Positions 1 to 9,881 of a stretch of 64,000 nt of DNA are shown in pieces. Position 1 is the first letter of the stretch, and each line of letters opens with the position of its first letter. Under the pieces are notes generated by a model. That model made no database searches and was not told where the DNA came from. It saw nothing but the letters and a program-made list of their open reading frames with translations. Source of the DNA: an uncultured Holophagales bacterium (GTDB lineage: Bacteria > Acidobacteriota > Thermoanaerobaculia > Multivoradales > UBA5704); the NCBI GenBank assembly GCA_963842525.1, contig CAWJGT010000003.1, forward strand, positions 1,344,001-1,408,000. The letters are read 5' to 3'. The position numbers were made by a program, and so were the translations under genes.

Positions 1-2
1 GC

Positions 3-863
3 CTCTATTCCAGCCGCGGCCAGGAGGCCACCTCGGTGGGGAGCGCCTTCGCGCTCGCGCCGCAGGACTTCGCCGGGCCGCTGATCCGCAATCTCGGGTC
101 CATGCTGGTGCGCGGGGTCAAGCCGCGCGAGGTCATGATGCAGTACATGGCCAGGAGCGACAGCCCGACCGGCGGCAAGGACTGCAACACCCATTTCGGG
201 GACATCTCCCGCGGGCTCGTCGCGCCGATCTCGATGCTCGGCGCCCTCATCCCCGTCATGGCCGGCGTGGCGCTGGCAGGGCGGATGCAGAAGAAAGACC
301 TCGTGGCCATGACCTGGATCGGCGATGGCGGGACCTCCACGGGCGACTTTCATGAGGGCCTCAACCTCGCCGCGGTGCTCAACCTGCCGTTCGTCCTCGT
401 CGCCGAGAACAACGGCTGGGCCTATTCGACGCCGACCTCGCGGCAGATGCGGATCAAGGACATCGTGACCCGCGCGGCCGCCTATGGCATTCCGGGCGAG
501 GCCGTGGACGGGAACGACGTCCTCGCGGTCCATGGGGCGACGAAGCGCGCCGTGGACCGGGCGCGCCAGGGCGGCGGCCCGAGCCTCATCGAGGCCAAGA
601 CGTTCCGCATGAAGGGGCACGCCGAGCACGACGACGCCGGCTACGTGCCGCAAGAGCTCTTCGACGAGTGGCGCGGCAAGGACCCCATCGACCGCTTCGA
701 GCGCCACCTCCGGACCCAGGGTGTGGCCACTGAAGAGGAGCTGCGGCAGATCGTGGCCGGGATCGACCGGGAGCTGAGCCGTGAGGTCGACCTGGCCCTC
801 GCCTCGCCGTTCCCGCCGGCCGAGCGGACGTTCGAGGGCGTCTATGCCGAGGGGGTGGTCTGA
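3..863 (+). CDS. 2-oxoacid (pyruvate/branched-chain) dehydrogenase E1 alpha subunit, 5'-truncated by window edge
   Basis: TPP-binding motif GDGGTSTGDFHEGLN...ENNGWAYST and FRMKGHAEHD; the frame is open to the window start (LYSSRGQEA); the stop overlaps the E1 beta start. Confidence 0.93.
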   Translation, partial: LYSSRGQEATSVGSAFALAPQDFAGPLIRNLGSMLVRGVKPREVMMQYMARSDSPTGGKDCNTHFGDISRGLVAPISMLGALIPVMAGVALAGRMQKKDLVAMTWIGDGGTSTGDFHEGLNLAAVLNLPFVLVAENNGWAYSTPTSRQMRIKDIVTRAAAYGIPGEAVDGNDVLAVHGATKRAVDRARQGGGPSLIEAKTFRMKGHAEHDDAGYVPQELFDEWRGKDPIDRFERHLRTQGVATEEELRQIVAGIDRELSREVDLALASPFPPAERTFEGVYAEGVV

Positions 864-1843
864 TGGCCCAGCCTCAGGTCACCTATCTGGAAGCCATCCG
901 CCAGGCCCTCTGGCACGAGCTCGAGGCGGACCCGCGGGTCTTCCTCCTTGGGCAGGACATCGGCACCTACGGCGGCGCCTTCCGCGTGACCGCCGGGATG
1001 CTCGACCAATTTGGATCAGAACGGATCATCGACACGCCGATCAGCGAGTCGGCGATGATCGGCTGCGCCATCGGTGCGGCGATGACGGGAATGCTGCCGG
1101 TGGTGGAGATGCAGTTCATCGACTTCATCGCCTGCGGTTTCAACCAACTCGTCAATGGCGCGGCGAAGACCCACTACCGCTGGGGCCAGCCGGTGCCGCT
1201 CGTGGTGCGTGGCCCGGCGGGAGGCGGTGTGCGCGGCTCGGCCTTCCACAGCGACAACCCGGAGAGCTATTTCCAGCATGCGCCAGGCCTCAAGATCGTG
1301 GCCCCCGGGACCGTGACGGACGCCTACGGCCTCCTGCGGGCGGCGATCCACGACCCGAATCCGGTCCTGTACCTCGAGCACAAATTTCTGTACCGGCGGC
1401 TCAAGGACGAGCTGCCGGAGGCGGACCACCGGGTACCGCTCGGCAAGGCGCGGGTGGCGCGCGAAGGGAGCGATCTGTCGGTCGTCACCTACGGTGCTAT
1501 GCTTCACGTGGCCCTGGAGGCCGCCGGGCGGCTGGAAGCGGAAGGGATCGACCTCGAAGTCCTCGACCTGCGCACCGTCAAGCCCCTGGACGAGGAGACC
1601 GTCCTCGCCTCGGTGCGGAAGACGAGCCGGGCCCTCATCCTGACCGAGGAGCAGACGACCGGCTCGGTGGCCGGCGAGGTGTCGGCGCGCATCGCGGAGG
1701 GCGCCTTCTCCTGGCTGGACGGACCGGTCGTCCGTCTCTGCTGTCCGGACAGTCCGGTCCCCTACAGCCCGACGCTCGAAGACGCCTATCTGCCCAACGT
1801 GGACAAGCTCGTCGCCAAGGTGCGGGAGCTGGCCAGCTATTGA
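863..1843 (+). CDS. 2-oxoacid dehydrogenase E1 beta subunit
   Basis: GQDIGTYGGAFRVT, DTPISE, EMQFIDF, LYLEHK motifs of the transketolase-like E1 beta family. Confidence 0.95.
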   Translation: MAQPQVTYLEAIRQALWHELEADPRVFLLGQDIGTYGGAFRVTAGMLDQFGSERIIDTPISESAMIGCAIGAAMTGMLPVVEMQFIDFIACGFNQLVNGAAKTHYRWGQPVPLVVRGPAGGGVRGSAFHSDNPESYFQHAPGLKIVAPGTVTDAYGLLRAAIHDPNPVLYLEHKFLYRRLKDELPEADHRVPLGKARVAREGSDLSVVTYGAMLHVALEAAGRLEAEGIDLEVLDLRTVKPLDEETVLASVRKTSRALILTEEQTTGSVAGEVSARIAEGAFSWLDGPVVRLCCPDSPVPYSPTLEDAYLPNVDKLVAKVRELASY

Positions 1844-1883
1844 CCTGAATTCGAAGCAACCGGAGACGGGGGAGTCAGAGCTT

Positions 1884-3383
1884 ATGGCTACGGAAGTCGT
1901 GATGCCCCAGATGGGGGAGTCGATCGCCGAAGGAACCATTACCAAGTGGCTGGTCAAGGTCGGCGACCATGTAGAGCGCGACCAGCCGCTGTTCGAGATC
2001 TCGACCGACAAGGTCGACGCCGAGATCCCCAGCCCGGCCTCGGGCACACTGCTCGAGATCCGCAACCAGGAAGGGGAGACGGTGCCGGTCAACCAGGTGG
2101 TCGCCATGATCGGCGAGGCCGGGGCCGGGGATGCGGCCGGAGGCGCTGCCGAGGCTCCCGCTGCGCAGCAGGCGGAGCCGGCAGAGGAGGGCGCACCGGC
2201 GGCTGCCGAGCCCGCACAGCCCGCGGCCGAGGCCGAGGCGGCAACGGGCCAGCCCGAGGGGGTGAAGCGGGAAGAGGCCGCCCGCGAGCCGGCACCGGCG
2301 GTCGCCTCGCCCGAGCCGGCACCCAAGCCTGCCGCCGAGGCCGCTCCGGCGCGTGCGGAAGGAGAGCCCGCGTCCGAGGAAGAGCGGCTGAAGAAGTTCT
2401 CCAGCCCGCTGGTGCGCAACATCGCCGCCAAGGAGGGCGTCAACCTCGAGGAGGTGTCCGGCACTGGTGCCCACGGCCGGGTGACCAAGGAGGACATCCT
2501 CGGCTACATCGACCAGCGCAAGGCCGCCCCGCAGCCGGCTGCCGCGCCCGCTCCGGCACCTGCTCCGGCCCGGCCAGCCGCGCCTCCGGCACCCGCCGCC
2601 GCTCCGGCAGCCCAGCGACCGGCGCCGGCCGGTTTCTCGGTGGCGGCCTACCACGAGGGCGACAACGTCGAGATCGAGCCAATGTCGAAGATCCGGCAGA
2701 TCACGGCAGCACACATGGTCTACTCCAAGGCCACCTCGGCGCACGTCACGACCGTCTTCCACATCGACTTCTCGAAGGTGGCCCGCGCCCGCGCCCGTGC
2801 CAAGGACGGCTTCTTCAAGAAGGAGGGCACCAAGCTCACCTATATGCCCTTCATCTTCAAGGCCGTGGCCACGGCGCTCAAGGCGCACAAGACCGTCAAT
2901 GCCTCCATCGACGGCACGAACATCGTCTACAAGAAGGACATCAACATCGGCATGGCGGTCGACATGCCGGGCCGCGGCCTGATCGTGCCGGTCATCAAGG
3001 GCGCCGACCAGCTCAGCCTGGTGGGCCTTGCCAAGACGGCCAACGACCTCGCCGACCGTGCGCGGAGCAAGAAGCTCAAGCCGGAAGAGACGCAGGGGGG
3101 CACGTTCACCATCACCAACCCGGGTGTCTTCGGCAGCCTCTTCGGCACGCCGGTCATCAACCAGCCGCAAGTGGCGATCCTGGGCGTCGGCGCCATCGAG
3201 AAGCGGCCGATCGTGATCGAGGACGAGGACGGCAACGACGCCATCGTCATCAAGACCATGTCCTACTTCGGCATCTCCTACGACCACCGCCTGGTCGACG
3301 GCGCCGATGCCGACCGCTTCATGATCGACGTCAAGAAGGTCCTCGAGACCGACACCTGGACCGAGCTCGACGCGTACGTCTAG
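1884..3383 (+). CDS. dihydrolipoamide acyltransferase E2
   Basis: lipoyl domain (EISTDKVDAEIP), Ala/Pro linkers, E3-binding domain (SPLVRNIA...GRVTKEDI), catalytic DHRLVDG. Confidence 0.95.
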   Translation: MATEVVMPQMGESIAEGTITKWLVKVGDHVERDQPLFEISTDKVDAEIPSPASGTLLEIRNQEGETVPVNQVVAMIGEAGAGDAAGGAAEAPAAQQAEPAEEGAPAAAEPAQPAAEAEAATGQPEGVKREEAAREPAPAVASPEPAPKPAAEAAPARAEGEPASEEERLKKFSSPLVRNIAAKEGVNLEEVSGTGAHGRVTKEDILGYIDQRKAAPQPAAAPAPAPAPARPAAPPAPAAAPAAQRPAPAGFSVAAYHEGDNVEIEPMSKIRQITAAHMVYSKATSAHVTTVFHIDFSKVARARARAKDGFFKKEGTKLTYMPFIFKAVATALKAHKTVNASIDGTNIVYKKDINIGMAVDMPGRGLIVPVIKGADQLSLVGLAKTANDLADRARSKKLKPEETQGGTFTITNPGVFGSLFGTPVINQPQVAILGVGAIEKRPIVIEDEDGNDAIVIKTMSYFGISYDHRLVDGADADRFMIDVKKVLETDTWTELDAYV

Positions 3384-3412
3384 ACGGCGGCGCCTGCTTC
3401 GCGGAATCTCCG

Positions 3413-3442
3413 ACGAGCCCGGGGCGACCCGGGCTCGTTTTT
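3413..3442 (+). terminator. intrinsic terminator after E2
   Basis: acgagcccggg-gcga-cccgggctcgt 11-bp stem followed by a T run. Confidence 0.8.
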
Positions 3443-4068
3443 AGTCTGTGAAGATCTCGTCCACCAGCGGCTCGAAGCCGGGCAGGATCTCGGAGCGGGC
3501 CGTTTCGCCGGGACCGGATTTATCGAAGAAGCTCGTAGGCGCCACGGCGCAGCACGAAGACTTCGACGATCTGCTTTTTCGGGTCCGCCATCCAGACCTC
3601 CCGCACTCCTGCCTCGGCATAGAGGCCGAGCTTGGTTTTGCGGTCGTACTGCTGGTTGGAGGGGGACAGAATCTCGACGATCAGATCTGGCGCACCTTCA
3701 AGGAATTGCTCCTTGAGCAGATGCCTGCGCTCGCGGGTCAAGAACAGCAGATCCGGCTGGACCGGCGTCGCCAGCTCCTTCGGGAGGATCACGTCGAGCG
3801 GGGCGAAGAGATAGATGCCGAACGGGTGATCCTGCAGAAACAACCCCAAAAGGAAGGAGAAGTTGCGCAGAGCTGCCTGGTGCTTCGGATTCGGCGCTGG
3901 CGGCACGTAGAGCACCCCCCGGAGGACCTCGTAGCGCCGGCCGTCGTCCGGCAGGCGGCAGTAGTCCTCGTACGTCCACATTCCCTGCTTGGGAAACTCC
4001 CCGGCCTCCGCCGGCCAGTCGGTCGCGGAGATCGGAACCTGGACGCGATAGGCGGCTCTGGAAGACAT
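3441..4068 (-). CDS. Uma2/DUF820 family endonuclease-like protein (one frameshift near 3525)
   Basis: WTYEDY..LPDDGRRYEV, VQPDLLF, PDLIVEILSPS, K..LYAEAGV.E.W; the typical tail SEILPGFEPLVDEIF continues in another frame to TAA at 3441. Confidence 0.85.
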
Positions 4069-4138
4069 GTCTGAATCCTAAGCCGGCCCTGGGGGGCTGT
4101 CAATGCGTAGATCTCGAGTTACTTCCAGGAGAGAGCGC

Positions 4139-4166
4139 CGGACCACGGGATGGCTCCCGTGGTCCG
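4139..4166 (-). terminator. stem-loop downstream of the peptide gene
   Basis: cggaccacggga-tggc-tcccgtggtccg 12-bp perfect stem, 17 nt after the stop; no clear U tract. Confidence 0.55.
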
Positions 4167-4183
4167 ATCGACGGAGGCGAAGC

Positions 4184-4399
4184 TCAGGCGGCTGTGACGG
4201 TAATCGTCGGGGCTGGATCGACGACGACAGGTTTGTAGCACTTCGTGTTGCAGTCGTTCTCGACCTTGCACGAGTGGCAGCCGGAGCCGGCGCAGGTGCT
4301 GGTCGCCGCTGCAGCACCATGGACGTAGTACATCACGTAGTCGTCCAGGTTTCTCAGCGTCTCCCGGCTCAAGCCAAGCCGCTTCTGGTTCCTTTTCAT
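4184..4399 (-). CDS. class I lanthipeptide precursor (LanA-like), 71 aa
   Basis: leader KRLGLSRETLRNL (LxLxx E T LxxL type), GA junction, core with 5 Cys and 9 Ser/Thr; RBS AAGGAG; lies directly downstream of lanC. Confidence 0.8.
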   Translation of the reverse strand: MKRNQKRLGLSRETLRNLDDYVMYYVHGAAAATSTCAGSGCHSCKVENDCNTKCYKPVVVDPAPTITVTAA

Positions 4400-4472
4400 C
4401 CTGATCTCCTTCTTGAAAAGGTTGATGGCTTCGGAGTCGTCCGGTTTGGACGCATTCTCTGAGAGCCTCTTA

Positions 4473-5787
4473 CTAGGAATGGTGCTCGCCGTCTGCTCGA
4501 AGGGACAAAGAGGTCGGGATCGAAGTGAGGAGGCAGGCGTCCCAGGCGGGTTCCAGGTCCGAGATGGCGGCGAGGAGAGCGAGAGCGATCCCGGCCGCCC
4601 CTTCCAGAAATCCCGCCTTGTCGTGCCAGATGCTCACGTCCGCTCGGCCAGGTTCCGAGGTGTGATAGCGAAAGCCGCCGATCCCGCCCTCCTGCCGGAA
4701 GGAGAGCGCCCTCTCGTACCAGGTCTGCGCCGCCTCCCGGAAGAGCTCCTCTCCCGTGGCTTGGAAAAGGCGGTTGAAGAGGTGTCCGGTACCGGCAGCC
4801 CCGTGACAGAGGCAGGCGTCGAAGACCATGGCTCTGTCGAAAGGCCGCTGAGTGGCGGTGCGGGCGATGACCAGGGCCTCGTCCGCCCAATCGCCGTGGC
4901 CGAGCACGCGGGCGGCGGAGAGGATCGCCAGGGACACCCCCGGATCTCCATAACACCACGCGATGCGCGAGGGACCGAGCCATTGGCCAGGCACCGCATA
5001 GCTGCAAAAAGCCATCCCTGACTGTCTGGGCAGGCGCTGAGCGAGCAGCCAGGGAACCGCTCCCTCCAGGAGCTTCCCGGCAGATCTCCGGGTGGGCTCC
5101 GGCGATGAGAGCCCGGGCCAGGAGCGCGACCACGCCCGGTCCACCGTGGGCCATGCCCAGGTTGAAACAGCCGTCCGGGCACTCCTCTTTCATCGAGTCA
5201 AAGACGAGCCCCGGCGGGGTGAACCAGGAGATTCCGTGGGGCCCGCGGCGAGCCAACTCGGCCAGGATTTCGACGACCGCCTCGAGCCTCCGCAGGGACC
5301 CTTCGTCATGCAGGCGTTCCAGGAAGTAGACACCATGGCCCGACAGGCCGTGCATCAAGTCGAAGGGATACTGCCAGGGCCGTCGCGCATGAAGGCGTTC
5401 GAGGGCAGCGTCTACGTCGCTCTCGCCTTCGTCGGCCTCGCCATAGAGCCGCTGCAGATGGGCCTCCACCCAGGCCACTCCCGTGAAGCCCGTAGCGAGG
5501 GTCGGGTCGGCCGGGCGGGTGGCAAGCTCTTCAGCAGCCCGGTCCAGGCAGCGGCCGGCGTGATCGCTCGCACCGGAGAGAAGGCCGGCCTGGTCGAGAT
5601 AGGCGAAGAGAAGGGACAGCCCGGCCCAGCCCTCGGCGAGAGAAGGGCCGATCTTGCGTAGCCAGGTGAGCTCCTCCCGCCGGAGGATGTCACGAGCGAC
5701 ATCCTCGATGGCAGCACGCGCCTGGTCAGCCAGAGCTCCTTCGAGCACGGGCCTCCACGGTCTGGCCTCGGCTTGCTGCTGGAACAT
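4473..5787 (-). CDS. lanC: lanthionine cyclase LanC (one frameshift near 5075)
   Basis: DLMHGLSG, NLGMAHGGPG, WCYGDPG, LCHGAAG, GFLEGAAG motifs across two frames; the ATG overlaps the glgA TGA (TGATG). Confidence 0.9.
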
Positions 5788-7244
5788 CACCCCGCCAGCC
5801 GTTCGTAGATCCCTAAATATTCCTTGCCCTGGACGTCCCAGGAGAAGTCCTGGGCCATGCCGTTGGCCATCAGGCGCTCCCAAGCGGGACGGTCGGCCCA
5901 GGTGTCGAGGGCGGTGTCGAGGGCCCAGCGGAGGCCCTGGGCGGTGAAGTGCTCGAAGACGAAGCCGGTACCGTGGCCCGTCGCAGGGTCGAAGGGCTGG
6001 ACCGTGTCGGCGAGTCCGCCCGTCTTGTGGACCACGGGCGGCGTGCCGTAGCGCAGGCTGTAGAGCTGGTTCAGGCCGCAGGGCTCGAACTTGGACGGCA
6101 TCAGGAAGAGGTCGGACCCCGCCTCGATCCAGTGCGCCAGCTCGTTGTTGAACTCCCGGAAGAACCGCGCCTGCGCCGGATACCACCGCGCCAGACGGCT
6201 GAAGAACGTCTCGTATCGGTCCTCGCCGCTCCCCAGCGCCACCACCCGGACGTCGCGCCGGTCGAGCAAGTCCGGCAGCACGTCGAAACAGAGGTCGAAC
6301 CCCTTCTGCCAGGTGAGGCGGGAAACGAGGCCGATCACCGGCGCGTCGGAGTGTTCGTTCAAGCCGACCCGGCGGAGGAGGCGCCGCTTCATCTCCCGCT
6401 TGCCCCACAGGTCCTCTGGTGAATAGTGGACCGGGATGTACGGATCGTGCACCGGGTCCCATTCGCCGTAGTCCACGCCGTTGACGATCCCGGCCAGCCG
6501 GCTGGTGCGGGCGCGCAGCAGCCAATCCAGGCCGAAGCCGTGCTCGGGCGTCTGGATCTCGGCGGCGAAAGTGCGGCTCACCGCGGTCATGAAGTCGGCG
6601 TGCAGGAGGCCGGTCTTCAGGAAATTGGCGTGGCCTGCCAACAGGTCCGCCCCGTCCAGCCAGTAAGCATGCTGCGCGAGACCGAGCTCGTCGAGCGCGC
6701 TGGTGCCGACGAGCCCCTGGAAGGCGACGTTGTGGAGGGTCAACACCGTGCGCGTACGGTCGAACAGGCGGTCCCAGGAGTACAGGCCCTTGAGGTAGAT
6801 CGGCGCCAGGGCCGTGTGCCAGTCGTGCGAATGGAGGATGTCCGGCGACCAGCCCATGCGCTGGCAGATCTCGAAGACGGCCCGGGTGAGCACGGCGAAG
6901 CGCAGCCCGTCCGCCCAATCGCCGTGGTAGATCCCCTCAGGGCCGAAAAGCGGCGGACAGTCGACGAAATAGACGTCGACCTGGCTGTCCGGCAGCTTGG
7001 TGGTGAGGACCGAGAAGCGGAAGAGCCGCGAGCCCATGCCGACGTGCAGGTCGCGCAGGAAGTCGACCTGGGTGAAGCGCTCCGGGCGGCGGGCGACCTG
7101 GCCGTAGAAGGGGAGGAAGACGCGCACGTCGTGCCCGGCGCGGCCGAGGAAGCGGGGGAGGCCGGCGGCCACGTCCCCGAGCCCGCCGGTCTTGGCGAAC
7201 GGCGCCACCTCGGCGGCGATCTGGCAGACCCGCAGGGGGCGCAC
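5787..7244 (-). CDS. glgA: glycogen synthase
   Basis: KTGGLGDV, HSHDWHT, LTWQKG, PSKFEPCGLNQLYSLRYG. Confidence 0.95.
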   Translation of the reverse strand: MRPLRVCQIAAEVAPFAKTGGLGDVAAGLPRFLGRAGHDVRVFLPFYGQVARRPERFTQVDFLRDLHVGMGSRLFRFSVLTTKLPDSQVDVYFVDCPPLFGPEGIYHGDWADGLRFAVLTRAVFEICQRMGWSPDILHSHDWHTALAPIYLKGLYSWDRLFDRTRTVLTLHNVAFQGLVGTSALDELGLAQHAYWLDGADLLAGHANFLKTGLLHADFMTAVSRTFAAEIQTPEHGFGLDWLLRARTSRLAGIVNGVDYGEWDPVHDPYIPVHYSPEDLWGKREMKRRLLRRVGLNEHSDAPVIGLVSRLTWQKGFDLCFDVLPDLLDRRDVRVVALGSGEDRYETFFSRLARWYPAQARFFREFNNELAHWIEAGSDLFLMPSKFEPCGLNQLYSLRYGTPPVVHKTGGLADTVQPFDPATGHGTGFVFEHFTAQGLRWALDTALDTWADRPAWERLMANGMAQDFSWDVQGKEYLGIYERLAG

Positions 7245-7245
7245 C

Positions 7246-8514
7246 TCAGATCACCGTGCCCGGCGTAATCAACGCGTTCTTGTGCACCACGATGATCCGG
7301 TCGCGGATCGACCAGTGCTCGCTGTCGGCGTTCTCCACTCCCGCGGCATTGATCAGCTTGCAGCCGTCGCCGATGCGGGCGTTGAAGTCGATGATCGTGT
7401 TGCGCAGGTGGCAGTCCCGGCCGATCCCGATGGGGATCTGGCTGCTGTCCGGCGGCGGGTCGGCCTCCAAGTTGTTGGCTCCCATGACGATCGAGCGCTC
7501 GATCACCGAGCCGGAGCGAACCACGGCGCGGATGCCGATGATCGAGTCGGCGATGTGGCTGCCGGAGAGGATGCTCCCCTCGGAGAGGATCGAGTACCGG
7601 ACCGAGCACTCGTTGACCTTGGTCCCCGGCAGGAAGCGCGGGTGGGTGAAGATCCGCAGCTCCGGGTCGTAGAGGTTGAGCGGCGGCAGCGGCAGCGTGA
7701 GGTCGAGGTTCGCCTGGTGGAAGCTGGGGATCGTGCCGATGTCGGTCCAATAGCCGCCGTGGGGATAAGCGTAGACGCTGTACTGCGCGAGCGCCTGTGG
7801 GATCACCTCGCGGCCGAAGTCGACGGTCGAGGTGCCGACCAGCAGCTCGGTCAGCACCTCGGGCTTGAAGATGTAGATCCCCATGCTGGCGAGGTACGAG
7901 CCCGGCGGCGCCGGAAAGCCGAGGGCGGCCTGGGTCTGGTCGTCGAGGGCGACGGCGTCGAGCAGCTCGGGCTCTTTGGGCTTCTCGACGAACTCGACGA
8001 TCCGGCCGGACGGGTCGAGGCGCAGGATGCCGAAGGCGGAGGCCTCCTCGCGGGTCACCGGCTTGACCGCGACCGTGATGTCGGCGCCGCGCTCGCGGTG
8101 AGTCCGCACGAGCTCCGAGATGTTCATCAGGTAGAGCTGGTCGCCCGAGAGGATGAGGACCTCGGAGGGGTCGTCCTCGACCAGGCGCGGCAGGCACTGG
8201 CGGACCGCGTCGGCGGTGCCCTGGTACCAGTCGCGGCGGTCGATCGTCTGCTCGGCCGCAAGGATGTTGACGAAACCGAGGCTGAAGGCGCTGAAGCGGT
8301 AGGTCTGCGCGATGTGGCGGTGCAGGCTGGCGCTGTTGAACTGGGTGATGACGAAGATCCGGTCGATCCCCGCGTGCAGGCTGTTGCTGATCGGGATGTC
8401 GATGAGCCGGAACTTCCCGCCCACCGGCACCGCCGGTTTGGCCCGATGGCGGGTCAAGGGCCACAAGCGGGACCCCTGGCCTCCACCCAGAATGGCTGTG
8501 ACGATCCGCTCCAT
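7246..8514 (-). CDS. glgC: glucose-1-phosphate adenylyltransferase
   Basis: GGGQGSRLWPLT..RAKPAVP, WYQGTADAV, FVEKP, SMGIYIF. Confidence 0.95.
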   Translation of the reverse strand: MERIVTAILGGGQGSRLWPLTRHRAKPAVPVGGKFRLIDIPISNSLHAGIDRIFVITQFNSASLHRHIAQTYRFSAFSLGFVNILAAEQTIDRRDWYQGTADAVRQCLPRLVEDDPSEVLILSGDQLYLMNISELVRTHRERGADITVAVKPVTREEASAFGILRLDPSGRIVEFVEKPKEPELLDAVALDDQTQAALGFPAPPGSYLASMGIYIFKPEVLTELLVGTSTVDFGREVIPQALAQYSVYAYPHGGYWTDIGTIPSFHQANLDLTLPLPPLNLYDPELRIFTHPRFLPGTKVNECSVRYSILSEGSILSGSHIADSIIGIRAVVRSGSVIERSIVMGANNLEADPPPDSSQIPIGIGRDCHLRNTIIDFNARIGDGCKLINAAGVENADSEHWSIRDRIIVVHKNALITPGTVI

Positions 8515-8580
8515 GACCGCACCCCCCTGAGAGCGGGGGTATCCTACCGCAGGAGCGGGTCTGCGTGGGTGCCCTCGCTT

Positions 8581-9405
8581 CTACCAGGTCCCATGCTGGT
8601 AGAGCACCTGGCCTCCGACCGTGAGCTGGAACCGCTTGATGGTCGCCAGCCAGATGTTGGGGTCCAGCTTGAAGGTGGCGGGATGCTCGGCCGGGCCATC
8701 CGGGACCCTGAAGTCGAACTCCTTCTTCCAGGTGACGAAGCTCCCGCCCGTCCCGACCACGACGCCGTCGAGCTTGATCGACTCGGCTCCGACGGCCTTG
8801 GTCATCTCGTGACAGAACTCGACGGTATGCTGCCCGTGGGACAGGTGGACCCGGATTACGATCCGGGACATGCTTTTCTCGACGAGCTCCGCGTGCCAAC
8901 GCTGCTTCGTGGGCTTGGCGGGTTTCTGCGCAGGCTGCTTCTGGGAAGGTTGCTTCTGCGAGGCTTGCTCTTGAGGAACGGGACGGGAGGGCTCGCCGGA
9001 GGGCTTCTGGGAGGAAAGGCCCAGTCTCTTCTCGAGACCTGCCAGCAGGCGGTCCAGCTCGGGATGGGACGGTTCCCCTGCCCAGTCCGCGAGATCGACG
9101 GTCTGGAGCTGTCCGAACCCAAGGGGCAGACCGACCTCCTCGATCCGGACGGGGAACAGCACGCCGCGATCTGCCGCCTGGCCGGCTTCGTCCTTGACCC
9201 ACCGCGACTGGACCGACGCCTTGGACCATAGGACGATGACCGCCTGTGCCGCGGTCAACGATGCAGCGATGACCTCTTCGAAGACCTCGCCCGGGAGGAC
9301 CTGCCGGTCCCACCAGACAGCGATGCCCCGCCGGCCCAGGGCCTCGGCCAGCAGTTTCGCCTTGTCCCGATCCTCGCGGGCGTAGCTGACGAAGACGTGG
9401 TGCAT
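8581..9405 (-). CDS. TIR domain protein with low-complexity linker and beta-rich C-terminal domain
   Basis: VFVSYAREDR, VWWDR, VLWSKASVQSRWVKDE (TIR_2 with the conserved Glu); QKQPS repeats in the linker. Confidence 0.85.
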   Translation of the reverse strand: MHHVFVSYAREDRDKAKLLAEALGRRGIAVWWDRQVLPGEVFEEVIAASLTAAQAVIVLWSKASVQSRWVKDEAGQAADRGVLFPVRIEEVGLPLGFGQLQTVDLADWAGEPSHPELDRLLAGLEKRLGLSSQKPSGEPSRPVPQEQASQKQPSQKQPAQKPAKPTKQRWHAELVEKSMSRIVIRVHLSHGQHTVEFCHEMTKAVGAESIKLDGVVVGTGGSFVTWKKEFDFRVPDGPAEHPATFKLDPNIWLATIKRFQLTVGGQVLYQHGTW

Positions 9406-9482
9406 GCAGGCTCGTCGCAGGATGCTCGTTGAACCCTATCCTACTGTAAGGCGACGCTGGGCGGGTTTGTGATGCACCCAGC

Positions 9483-9881
9483 TCAGCGGACGACGTCGAT
9501 CTCCACTCCGACCTGCAGCTCTTTCCAGACCTTGTCCGTCGTGACGGCTGGCAGACCGAGCTCACCAGCCAGCGCGAGGCAGGCCCGATCACCGAGAGAG
9601 AGGCCGAGGTGGCGTGTATCGGCTCGCAGAAAAGCGGTCCGCTCCGCATGACGCGCGGTGAACGCCACGATTCGCAGCCCGAGAGCCTCCAGATCCTGCT
9701 GTAGACCGCTCACTTCGACCTGCTGGTCGAGGGTCTTCTGAACGACCTCCGACCAGTTGACGCTGGACATCGCCGCACCTTCCAGCAGACCCTGGACCCT
9801 ATCCCCGCCAGGCTCCCGATGCAGCATCGCCAGGAGAGCCGATGCATCGAGCACGCAAGCAGCATCCTCGGCGGAGGTCAT
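9483..9881 (-). CDS. vapC: VapC/PIN domain toxin
   Basis: VLDASALLA, SSVNWSEV, GLSLGDRACLALA, TTDKVW. Confidence 0.9.
   Translation of the reverse strand: MTSAEDAACVLDASALLAMLHREPGGDRVQGLLEGAAMSSVNWSEVVQKTLDQQVEVSGLQQDLEALGLRIVAFTARHAERTAFLRADTRHLGLSLGDRACLALAGELGLPAVTTDKVWKELQVGVEIDVVR

Noticed and set aside
2120-2640. GC-rich short repeats in E2
   Set aside because: ordinary Ala/Pro/Glu linkers of dihydrolipoamide acyltransferases
5060-5090. programmed frameshift in lanC
   Set aside because: no convincing slippery heptamer, and similar indels occur in many unrelated genes
4396-6918. 840-aa ORF suggesting a GlgA-LanC fusion
   Set aside because: the upstream part is an alternative frame of glgA, which has its own stop at 5787-5789
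6740-9649. 969-aa minus-strand ORF and similar long Arg/Pro/Gly-rich ORFs (for example 30220-32427, 44674-46545)
   Set aside because: shadow frames expected at high GC; they overlap well-supported genes and lack motifs
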